Positions 1 through 7,172 of a stretch of 36,211 bases of DNA are shown here, in pieces. Made by a program: the position numbers and the translations under genes. The stretch lies in IMG/VR virus record IMGVR_UViG_3300009177_000024. One strand, 5' to 3'. Source of the stretch: a virus. Every line of letters begins with the position of its first letter. Within the stretch, counting starts at the first letter, position 1. The notes beneath the pieces are model-generated. The model made no database searches. It was not told the DNA's origin and worked only from the letters and a program-made list of their open reading frames with translations.

Positions 1-123
1 AAGAAAGACCGCCAGGAGCGCCAGAAAGGGCTACAGGCGCTTAAAACGAAGCGAGACTATATCGCTGATGCCCAACGTGAATTTAATCGCGCTGTGCGCC
101 TTCGGGATCAATTAGCAGGCCAT
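1..123. repeat. Terminal direct repeat, identical to 36089..36211 (circular-closure overlap)
   Basis: Base-by-base comparison of the first 123 nt with the last 123 nt shows identity. The repeat lies inside one continuous reading frame. Confidence 0.95.
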
Positions 124-447
124 GTATGCATTTCCAGTGGCCGCGCATTAGATTGGTCGGGGAACGCAGTTGATGCTGGCCACTACCGCTCGATTGGATC
201 GGCGCCGCATCTGCGCTTCAACGAGGACAACTGCCACGCACAGAGCAAGCATGACAACCAGTGGAAGTCCGGGAATGCAGTTGATTATCGGCTTGGGCTG
301 ATTGCCAGGATTGGATTGGAACGAGTCGAAGCGTTGGAGGCAGATAACAGCGTCAAGAAATGGACGGTAGATGAGTTGGTTGCAATCCGCGATCATTACC
401 GTAAGAAAGCCAACGAACTGAAGAAACTAATAGGAGAAAGAGAATGA
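1..447 (+). CDS. ninG: NinG/Rap-family recombination endonuclease, C-terminal part (the N-terminal part is 35936..36211; the gene is cut by linearisation)
   Basis: Frame 1 is open from nt 1. The translation ...AGHYRSIGSAPHLRFNEDNCHAQSKHDNQWKSGN...RIG... matches the remembered lambda NinG core (DAGHYR..LRFNE.N.H.QC..CN..KSGN). The joined protein is 199 aa. Confidence 0.85.
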   Translation, partial: KKDRQERQKGLQALKTKRDYIADAQREFNRAVRLRDQLAGHVCISSGRALDWSGNAVDAGHYRSIGSAPHLRFNEDNCHAQSKHDNQWKSGNAVDYRLGLIARIGLERVEALEADNSVKKWTVDELVAIRDHYRKKANELKKLIGERE

Positions 448-674
448 AAAAGACGCCATGGTTTAAACGAGGAATTAAGCCAATTCATGTTGGTGTTTAT
501 GAGGTGTATGACCCAGAAGACGGGCCGACATTCCAACATTGGAATGGTAAGAAGTGGGGCCCTCGTTCCGCTTCTATAGATGGTTGCTTTAGTGCATCGC
601 ATTTTTATTTTGAATCGTATTTTCAAGAAAATAAGTGGCGTGGCTTATCCGAAAAGCCGAAAGGGAAATCATGA
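444..674 (+). CDS. hypothetical protein, 76 aa
   Basis: The ATG overlaps the ninG stop (ATGA coupling). Same-strand operon context. Confidence 0.6.
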   Translation: MKKTPWFKRGIKPIHVGVYEVYDPEDGPTFQHWNGKKWGPRSASIDGCFSASHFYFESYFQENKWRGLSEKPKGKS

Positions 675-826
675 TGCAGCTAATCTACAACACTCTGCGC
701 GGCTATCTTCCCTACACCAACGACCGCCGCAACCAGGCTAAGCGCATCCTAGGCTGGGCGATAGCGTTCTCTTGCTGGATTCCTTTGGTGTGGGTATGGC
801 TGGCTTGCTGTGAAGGATGGAAATGA
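671..826 (+). CDS. small hydrophobic protein, 51 aa
   Basis: The ATG at 671 overlaps the upstream stop. C-terminal hydrophobic segment ILGWAIAFSCWIPLVWVWLACC. Confidence 0.5.
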   Translation: MMQLIYNTLRGYLPYTNDRRNQAKRILGWAIAFSCWIPLVWVWLACCEGWK

Positions 827-1092
827 TGGACGACAAAGAAATAATCTCGACCGCTATGGAAGCAGGATTTCACTTTGGCTTTGATGAATATCAACTTCCC
901 GTTCTTGCTGCGCAGACAGGCGATATCTTGATGTTCGCAAGGCTCATTGCTGCTGCTGAACGTTCACGCTGCATAAGAGTGTGCGAAGAAGTCCGCCAAG
1001 AGGGCGATGTTCACAAAGAAGGCGAGAACTATGATGATGGACACACGGATGGTTGCAACAACTGCATCTTTGCAATCTACGATTTGGAGTAA
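817..1092 (+). CDS. hypothetical protein, 91 aa
   Basis: ORF in operon context. The start is ambiguous, with ATGs at 817, 823 and 826. Confidence 0.6.
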   Translation: MEMMDDKEIISTAMEAGFHFGFDEYQLPVLAAQTGDILMFARLIAAAERSRCIRVCEEVRQEGDVHKEGENYDDGHTDGCNNCIFAIYDLE

Positions 1093-1215
1093 ACGTTAAG
1101 CAACGCTCAGTAAGATTTCACAACTAAATGCTTGCGGGAATTTGTTGGTTGTGGAAGAATGCTGCTCATCAGTACCGGCAAGTGCTGATGACGAAGAAAG
1201 ATTGGTCAACGTGGT

Positions 1216-1325
1216 AGCCCAGAGTTTTTAGAAGTGCCGACAAAATCGGATTTATGTGTTCGTTGACCCACATGGATACCGAGGCTTGCCGGCCCGGCAC
1301 TTCTAAGCATTCTGGGCTTTTTTTC
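1216..1325 (+). terminator. Very long imperfect hairpin followed by U7 (intrinsic terminator and/or RNase III-type processing site)
   Basis: 1216-1239 pairs with 1295-1318: 8 bp, a short internal loop, then 12 bp. The interior 1246-1282 can extend the rod. TTTTTTT follows immediately at 1319-1325. Confidence 0.6.
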
Positions 1326-1676
1326 GTCTGTACTTGCTGGCTGATTGGACTGGGTAGACGCCGATCGGCACCGTAACCAGATCGAGAGCGCAACGGGGAT
1401 TCGTTCATAGCGCAACTGAAAAGAGTCGGCTGAAAGGCTGTACAGGAACCAGGAACGGGGCGTTGTAAGACGCGTAATCCTGTAAGCCTTCTACTTGCAT
1501 AGGAAGGTCATCAATACCGCGAAGTTGCGATACCGGATTGGTGCTCGGCTAGATGATTTCTTTTTGAGATCATCTAGGCGAGTATTACCCAAAAGGCTCA
1601 GAAGCTCCTCCGTCTTGGTGATGAATAAGACCTCATAACTAAGATATTTACTAAGTAATATAGATAAGGGAAGAAA

Positions 1677-1949
1677 ATGACAATTTTCGAATACCTGCAA
1701 GAAAAGTACCCGAAAGGCCAGATGGTGCTTACTTCCTTGGAAGCAAAAGCTTTCGGCGTTCGTTATCCTCTTCAACCTGGCTGGCTCAAAGATGTCGGTC
1801 ATGTTTACATTGCTCCTCAGACAGCCAAGGATCTGGCTAAAAAGCTGGTGACCAAGGCCATGAAGACACAGAGCGATTCCAAAGCAGAATATTGCGCGCG
1901 AGGTGCGGCGATTCTGATTCGCGCTGCTGCTCAGGAGATAAGCCGATGA
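1677..1949 (+). CDS. hypothetical protein, 90 aa
   Basis: ORF with AAGGGAAG upstream. First gene after the untranslated region. Confidence 0.65.
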   Translation: MTIFEYLQEKYPKGQMVLTSLEAKAFGVRYPLQPGWLKDVGHVYIAPQTAKDLAKKLVTKAMKTQSDSKAEYCARGAAILIRAAAQEISR

Positions 1950-2254
1950 GTTGCGTTCCAGATTGGATTCCAATGGATGCATGGACAGGTTACCAAGACA
2001 TGCGCAAAAAGATCCGTAAGCCAATGACAGATCGGGCCATATCTCTTGCCATACAGACGCTGGATAAGCTTCGTGCTGATGGCAACGATCCTGGCGCCGT
2101 GCTGGACCAGTCCACGTTGAATTCCTGGCAAGGTCTCTTCGCAGTCCGCGTCGAACGTCGCGGCTTACCTAAAGGCGCTCAAGTTTCGTCATTGGGCAAA
2201 TGCGGCCAGATCACGGCCAATAACGCACAGGATTGGTTGGAGGAGCAATGCTAG
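1946..2254 (+). CDS. conserved phage protein, replication-module type (W..Y...R....T...A...L..L...G.D......S....W.GLF motif)
   Basis: ATGA coupling to the upstream ORF. The motif resembles short helical proteins or domains seen next to phage replication genes. This is from memory only. Confidence 0.55.
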   Translation: MSCVPDWIPMDAWTGYQDMRKKIRKPMTDRAISLAIQTLDKLRADGNDPGAVLDQSTLNSWQGLFAVRVERRGLPKGAQVSSLGKCGQITANNAQDWLEEQC

Positions 2255-2883
2255 ACAATCTTGAAGAAAAGCGTCGCTTCGCCTCTCTCATGGTTGCCCT
2301 TGCAGACTACTACAAGCAAGAAATCAGCAAGGGTGTCATGGCTCTGTATTGGGAAGGGCTGAAGCAATACGACTACGCTGCTATCGAGAAAGCAGCATGG
2401 GCGCATACCCAAAGCCCGGACGAGTCGGGCCGCTGGATGCCGAAGATCAGCGATCTGACCAAAGTCCTCCAGGGTTCTACTAAAGACCAGGCTAGTATCG
2501 CGTGGAGCAAGGTTGACCGCGCAATCCGAACTATCGGCACCTACACCGATGTCGCTTTTGATGACGCACTTATCCACAGAGTTATCCAGGATATGGGTGG
2601 ATGGGTTCATATTGGTTCCAAAGATGATGACGCATGGCCCTTTGTCGCTAAGGAATTCGAGAATCGATATCGCGGCTACAAGATGAAAGATGAGAAGCCG
2701 GACTATCCGCGCAAGATGATCGGCATTGCCAGCTCTCAAAACGGCGCGCAGGGCATTCAATTCAACGCAGGAACGGTTTTAATCGGGGATGAGCAGAAAG
2801 CCATAGCCGTGATTAAGGGCGGCTCAGAATCGGCTGCAATCAGTTTTACGCGAATGGAAGTTCCAAAGATCGAAGCACAATAA
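2248..2883 (+). CDS. hypothetical protein, 211 aa (possible replication-associated)
   Basis: ATG at 2248 is preceded by GGAGGAG. It contains a tandem pair of DnaA-box-like 9-mers at 2570-2590. Confidence 0.65.
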   Translation: MLDNLEEKRRFASLMVALADYYKQEISKGVMALYWEGLKQYDYAAIEKAAWAHTQSPDESGRWMPKISDLTKVLQGSTKDQASIAWSKVDRAIRTIGTYTDVAFDDALIHRVIQDMGGWVHIGSKDDDAWPFVAKEFENRYRGYKMKDEKPDYPRKMIGIASSQNGAQGIQFNAGTVLIGDEQKAIAVIKGGSESAAISFTRMEVPKIEAQ

Positions 2884-2899
2884 CCTGAAGGAGAAGAGG

Positions 2900-3076
2900 A
2901 TGTTCATCTTGATCATTTACATTTTTGCTGGTCCATTCGCAAAAGGCGATTCTGTGGCGCTTACATCGGTTCCTGGATTTAGCACTGAGGCCGCATGCAA
3001 ATCGGCAGGATTTAAAGCCTCATCTTTTGTCGTTGGCAGCGCAAAAGAATACCGTTTCGAATGTGTGAAGCAATGA
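2900..3076 (+). CDS. small protein, 58 aa, hydrophobic N-terminus (not in the supplied ORF track)
   Basis: GAAGGAGAAGAGG precedes the ATG at 2900. Translation: MFILIIYIFAGPFAKGDSVALTSVPGFSTEAACKSAGFKASSFVVGSAKEYRFECVKQ. Confidence 0.5.
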   Translation: MFILIIYIFAGPFAKGDSVALTSVPGFSTEAACKSAGFKASSFVVGSAKEYRFECVKQ

Positions 3077-3303
3077 GAGCTTTCCTCGATCACCTAAACG
3101 GCATGCAAGCAGACCAGATTATCGCCTGGACGTTCATTTGCAGCTTGCCACTTATCGGAGCCTTTGCGCTGAAGCAGATCATTACATCGGCATGCGAACT
3201 TTATGCTCGGCTTGAGGATCAGCGAGCAAAACGGGAATTCGGCATGTCTGGATCTGCATTCTTGGGCAATGCAGCCGCTAAAGATAAGGAGAATAAGAAA
3301 TGA
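3073..3303 (+). CDS. small membrane protein, 76 aa
   Basis: The ATG overlaps the upstream stop. Hydrophobic segment IIAWTFICSLPLIGAFALKQII. Confidence 0.5.
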   Translation: MRAFLDHLNGMQADQIIAWTFICSLPLIGAFALKQIITSACELYARLEDQRAKREFGMSGSAFLGNAAAKDKENKK

Positions 3304-3731
3304 ACCATGGCAAATACAAAGGCGCTGGCATCGGTTATGCGCGAATGAATGCGATCATGGCTCATCTCCGGCGCGAAGATCTGACATGTGAGGAAGTAGC
3401 TCAATCAATCCACATGGAGCACAACCAGACGCGGAAGTATATGAAGCATCTATGCGACTGCGGGAAGCTGACCTTCACGCAATTGGATCATCAAACACCC
3501 CGGATCTACAGCATTCTGCCTGACGCGACTGATTTCTATGTTCCTAAGCCGATTAATCCGCCAGAGGCATCGAGGGCAACCGGAAAGAAGATCGGGCGAC
3601 CAGCAAATCAACCTGGCGCTATTGGGAAATATGAGAAGGGTGAACAGCGAAGAATTTCAGTTCTACCGGCACGAAATGAAGGCAAGAAACGTGATCCATT
3701 GGTAGCAGCATTATTTGGGGAGGCAGCATAA
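3300..3731 (+). CDS. hypothetical protein, 143 aa
   Basis: ATGA coupling. Basic C-terminal half. Confidence 0.6.
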   Translation: MNHGKYKGAGIGYARMNAIMAHLRREDLTCEEVAQSIHMEHNQTRKYMKHLCDCGKLTFTQLDHQTPRIYSILPDATDFYVPKPINPPEASRATGKKIGRPANQPGAIGKYEKGEQRRISVLPARNEGKKRDPLVAALFGEAA

Positions 3732-3828
3732 CTTGCATTGCCACTCAACAAGCACTACACTGACATCGGACATTCTTCTCCTCAGTAAGTGCTTAGCCAG
3801 ATACCAGCCCTGGCACCGCAATCAGTTC

Positions 3829-3854
3829 AGCCCTCTCACCGAGGGCTTTTTTTT
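3829..3854 (+). terminator. Rho-independent terminator immediately upstream of the Q-like gene
   Basis: 7-bp stem AGCCCTC/GAGGGCT, 5-nt loop, then T8. Confidence 0.7.
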
Positions 3855-3867
3855 AGCTACGGACAAT

Positions 3868-4275
3868 ATGAACGCAGACATCCACACACGACTTGAGAAC
3901 TGGGCCAGATGGGCGACAGCACGCGGACGCCGCGGCGCTGATTCGATGACCGGCGCCGTCTGTGAGAGGATGCGTAAGGCAGCTCTCGGCAATGTATGGT
4001 CAGGCCACGAGGTTCGTGATGAGATGGACGGCAATGACGCATGGGCCATTCAGCGCGCGATGGGCTGTGTGACGCTTCAGCAACGGATGCTACTGCACTG
4101 GCGCTACATCATGCAGGCTCGGCCTGAGGTCATCTGCCGAATGGCGAAGATCATGCCTCGCCCTATCACCATTTTCGAAGACGCATTACGCTCTGCGCAG
4201 ACTGCAATTGAGCAAGCAGTTGACAACGGCACATATACAGCGCAAAATTCCGCCCAACAACTAATTTCCGTCTAG
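3868..4275 (+). CDS. Q-family (phage 82/QuuD-like) late antiterminator candidate, 135 aa
   Basis: N-terminal LENWARWA resembles the LERWG.WA signature of Q82-type antiterminators. The gene lies directly upstream of a strong promoter plus terminator and the late operon. Confidence 0.55.
   Translation: MNADIHTRLENWARWATARGRRGADSMTGAVCERMRKAALGNVWSGHEVRDEMDGNDAWAIQRAMGCVTLQQRMLLHWRYIMQARPEVICRMAKIMPRPITIFEDALRSAQTAIEQAVDNGTYTAQNSAQQLISV
4220..4248 (+). promoter_or_regulatory. Candidate late promoter (PR'-like)
   Basis: TTGACA (4220-4225), a 17-nt spacer, then CAAAAT (4243-4248). It lies in the 3' end of the Q-like gene, about 85 nt upstream of a terminator. Confidence 0.5.
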
Positions 4276-4330
4276 GCAAGACGCGCTCTGGTTCCCAAAG
4301 GGAGCCCGCGGCGTCCCTGGAAGAAAACGA

Positions 4331-4363
4331 AGCCCTGAGACAGGTGTTCGGGGCTTTTTCTTT
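4331..4363 (+). terminator. Rho-independent terminator between the late promoter and the first late gene (tR'-like)
   Basis: 8-bp stem 4331-4338/4348-4355 including one G.U pair, 9-nt loop, then TTTTTCTTT. Confidence 0.65.
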
Positions 4364-4382
4364 GACCACTGGAAAGCTGAAT

Positions 4383-5192
4383 ATGAGCGCCTATTCCCGC
4401 GAAGATACGGACGGAGATACCACATTTGACCAGAATGTTGCCCTTGGCCTCTATGGCATCGGCGTTCGTCGCGTCATTGGCTTAGGGAATGCCGTCATTG
4501 GAGCTCCAGTAGCAGCACCAGCATTCATTGATGTGTGGCCAGGTGGCGGCACTTTCCCGTTCATCGCGAACGGCGCACCGGTCAATCTGGAAGTGAACTT
4601 CGCCAATGCAGCGGATACCGCAGCTGGGACAGGTGCTCGCTCTGTAAGCCTCAGTTTACTAGATCCTAGTTACAACGAGGTAAGCATCACCATTGTCAGC
4701 AACGGGGGTACTGTAGCGGTTCCCAATGGCCCATATCAAGCCGTGAACCAAGCATTCATCACCGGAGCTGGTAGCGGCCAGGTAAACGCAGGTACGATCA
4801 CCGTTCGCGATGCTGGTGGTGCAGGATCTAACCGCTGCATCATCCCAGCTGGCGCTGGTATCAGCCAGCAATCTCAGTACACTGTCCCTGACGGCCACAT
4901 GCTGCTGGTCAAGTCAGTGGAGATGGAAATCAACTCCAGCGCAGGTGGCGGCGGCGGTACGACGAAGGGCGCCGATTGCTCCTTCTACTTCGGAACTCCC
5001 GGCGCCGCGAATCCTTTCTTCCGCTTGCCGCGTAAGATGAGCTGCACGGACATCACGCCCTATGCGCTCGACGCCACCACAACGATTCCAGTCGGTCCAC
5101 GCACGAACTTCGGCATGCGCTGCACTTACACGAGCGCAGCACTGACGCTTACAGCGGCCTGGGAAGGCCACCTCTTCCGTCGCATCAACTGA
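4383..5192 (+). CDS. hypothetical beta-rich protein, 269 aa (first late gene)
   Basis: ATG at 4383 lies downstream of the terminator. Gly/Ala/Thr/Asn-rich composition typical of virion beta-sandwich proteins. Function unknown. Confidence 0.65.
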   Translation: MSAYSREDTDGDTTFDQNVALGLYGIGVRRVIGLGNAVIGAPVAAPAFIDVWPGGGTFPFIANGAPVNLEVNFANAADTAAGTGARSVSLSLLDPSYNEVSITIVSNGGTVAVPNGPYQAVNQAFITGAGSGQVNAGTITVRDAGGAGSNRCIIPAGAGISQQSQYTVPDGHMLLVKSVEMEINSSAGGGGGTTKGADCSFYFGTPGAANPFFRLPRKMSCTDITPYALDATTTIPVGPRTNFGMRCTYTSAALTLTAAWEGHLFRRIN

Positions 5193-5207
5193 TCCAAGGA
5201 GCATTCC

Positions 5208-5408
5208 ATGGCAACCCTGACCACGAAGCAACGCAAAGCCCTGCCGAAGTCTGAATTCGCAGGCGCAGGCCGCAGCTATCCGATCCCGGACAAATCTCAC
5301 GCTGCGAATGCGAAAGCGCGTGCCACCCAGGCTGTGAAGGCCGGTCGCATGAGCGAGTCGACCAAGCAGAAGATCGTGGCCAAGGCAAACAAGGTCTTGA
5401 AAAAGTAA
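5208..5408 (+). CDS. small basic protein, 66 aa
   Basis: AAGGAG precedes the ATG. Motif LPKSEFAGAGRSYPIPDKSHAANAKARA is recurrent in small phage and bacterial proteins (memory only). Confidence 0.6.
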   Translation: MATLTTKQRKALPKSEFAGAGRSYPIPDKSHAANAKARATQAVKAGRMSESTKQKIVAKANKVLKK

Positions 5409-5457
5409 CACGAAGCAACTACGAGGCGGAATAATCCGAAAGGAACTCCGAAAGAGC

Positions 5458-5802
5458 ATGGCAGAAATTGACAATGATTCCTATGAGAATCAAAAAGTGA
5501 CAGAAATCGCGGGAAAACACCCGGAATCTGTTAAATCTGAGTCGAAAAGTACGACGAAGTTCGGAAAAGGCAATCCTGGCAAGCCGAAAGGTGCGGTCAA
5601 CAAGAACACCCGCGAAATCAAAGAGATGATCCTTGGCGCTCTTTCCAGGGTTGGCGGTGAGGATTACCTGGCCCGGCAGGCAGAACTCAATCCTGTGGCC
5701 TTCATGGGACTTGTTGGGAAAGTGCTGCCGATGCAGGTCCATGGAACCGGCGCGGGTGGCGCGCTGGTTGTGAAGTTCGTCAAGAGCGACGAGGAGCTGT
5801 GA
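5458..5802 (+). CDS. terminase small subunit candidate
   Basis: Lies immediately upstream of the large terminase and overlaps it. Basic KFGKGNPGKPKGAVNK motif typical of this small-terminase class. Confidence 0.6.
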   Translation: MAEIDNDSYENQKVTEIAGKHPESVKSESKSTTKFGKGNPGKPKGAVNKNTREIKEMILGALSRVGGEDYLARQAELNPVAFMGLVGKVLPMQVHGTGAGGALVVKFVKSDEEL

Positions 5803-7172
5803 GTTTCGCGCTGACTGCGCGCCAGACTGCGGCTCAGGAAATCCTGGCTGGCATGGCAGTCTGGGTGATGCTATTCGGCGGCGGCCGCAGCGGGAAGACG
5901 TTTCTGATCATTCGCGCTATCGTGGTTAGGGCGCTGAAGGCTCCAGGCTCACGGCATCTTGTCGTGCGCTACCGCTTCAACCACGTGAAAGCATCGATCA
6001 TCCTGGACACGTTCCCGAAGGTGATGCGTGTTTGCTTCCCGGATCTGAAGAAAGACACGGATTGGAGCCTTAACCTGCATGACGGCTTTGCCACACTGCC
6101 AGGCGGTTCGGAAATCTGGTTTGGTGGTCTGGATGATGGGCCGCGGATGGAAAAGATCCTCGGCATGGAGTTCTGCACGGTCTACCTGAACGAAGCTTCT
6201 CAGGTGCAATGGAATGGCGTGCAGATGCTTCTGACCCGCTTGGCGCAACTGGTGATGCAGAAGATCGACGGCAAGATGAGCAAGCCTCTCAAGCTGCGGT
6301 TCTACTTCGACTGTAATCCGCCGACGAAGGCACACTGGACGTTCAAGGTCTTCAAGCAGAAGATCGATCCAGACACGAAACAGCCGCTGTCGAAGCCTGA
6401 CAACTATCAGTCGTTCCAGATGAATCCGCAGGACAATGCGGCGAATCTGAGTCCGGAATATCTGTCTACGCTGGATGGGCTGAGCGAGCGCATGAAGCGA
6501 CGTTTCCTGCACGGGGAATTCGCTGACGCGACGCAGAACGCGCTGTTCGATGAGGCGATTATCGACCGCTGGCGTAATACCGATGGCGATCTGCCTGACA
6601 TGGTTCGCGTGGTGGTGTCAGTTGACCCTTCCGGCGCCTCGGACGATGACGCGAATGCGGACAACGACGAGATTGGCATCACGGTGGACGGCCTCGGCAC
6701 TGACGGAAACGCATATCTGCTGGAAGACCTGACGGTCAAAGCTGGCCCGGCAACTTGGGGCGCCATTGCTGTTGCAGCTTACCAACGCCACCAAGCAGAT
6801 GTTGTGGTGGGCGAAACGAACTTTGGCGGCGGCATGGTCAAGTTCGTTGTGCAGACCGCAGCTGCGAAAGAGAAAACGAAGGTGAATTTCAAGATGGTGA
6901 CGGCTAGCCGCGGGAAAGCTCAGCGCGCCGAGCCATTTTCTGCGCTGTACGACCAGGGCAAAGTACGACACGCGGGTTTGTTCCCGCTGCTGGAAGACGA
7001 ATTGTGCGCCTTCTCAACGAGTGACTACACCGGAGCGAAATCACCGAACCGCGCCGACGCTCATATCTGGGCACTGGCTGAATTATTCCCGAGTCTGGTC
7101 AAAGTTGTCGCTGAGAAGCGGCCGGATCAGCCTCGCCGACAAGTTGCCGCTACTGGCGGATGGATGGGCTAA
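5799..7172 (+). CDS. terL: terminase large subunit
   Basis: Walker A GGGRSGKT near the N-terminus. 457 aa with an acidic nuclease-like C-terminal half (VSVDPSG...GETNFGG). Position is upstream of the portal. Confidence 0.9.
   Translation: MSFALTARQTAAQEILAGMAVWVMLFGGGRSGKTFLIIRAIVVRALKAPGSRHLVVRYRFNHVKASIILDTFPKVMRVCFPDLKKDTDWSLNLHDGFATLPGGSEIWFGGLDDGPRMEKILGMEFCTVYLNEASQVQWNGVQMLLTRLAQLVMQKIDGKMSKPLKLRFYFDCNPPTKAHWTFKVFKQKIDPDTKQPLSKPDNYQSFQMNPQDNAANLSPEYLSTLDGLSERMKRRFLHGEFADATQNALFDEAIIDRWRNTDGDLPDMVRVVVSVDPSGASDDDANADNDEIGITVDGLGTDGNAYLLEDLTVKAGPATWGAIAVAAYQRHQADVVVGETNFGGGMVKFVVQTAAAKEKTKVNFKMVTASRGKAQRAEPFSALYDQGKVRHAGLFPLLEDELCAFSTSDYTGAKSPNRADAHIWALAELFPSLVKVVAEKRPDQPRRQVAATGGWMG

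Noticed and set aside
1-123. Terminal repeat as a functional phage DTR or as a mobile-element inverted/direct repeat
   Set aside because: It is direct, exact and internal to a continuous coding frame (ninG). This fits an assembly overlap of a circular or permuted genome much better than a biological terminus.
1166-1200. CUGAUGA...GAAA resembling a hammerhead ribozyme core
   Set aside because: Only 4 nt separate CUGAUGA from GAAA, so no stem II can form. No cleavage-site helix is evident. The CUGAUGA is simply the 3' arm of the 10-bp hairpin.
1093-1676. Suppressor or other tRNA gene that might decode the in-frame stops
   Set aside because: I found no cloverleaf. The only TTCG-containing loop (1259-1268) has 10 nt rather than the 7-nt T-loop, and no acceptor or anticodon arms could be drawn. 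A tRNAscan run would be the decisive check.
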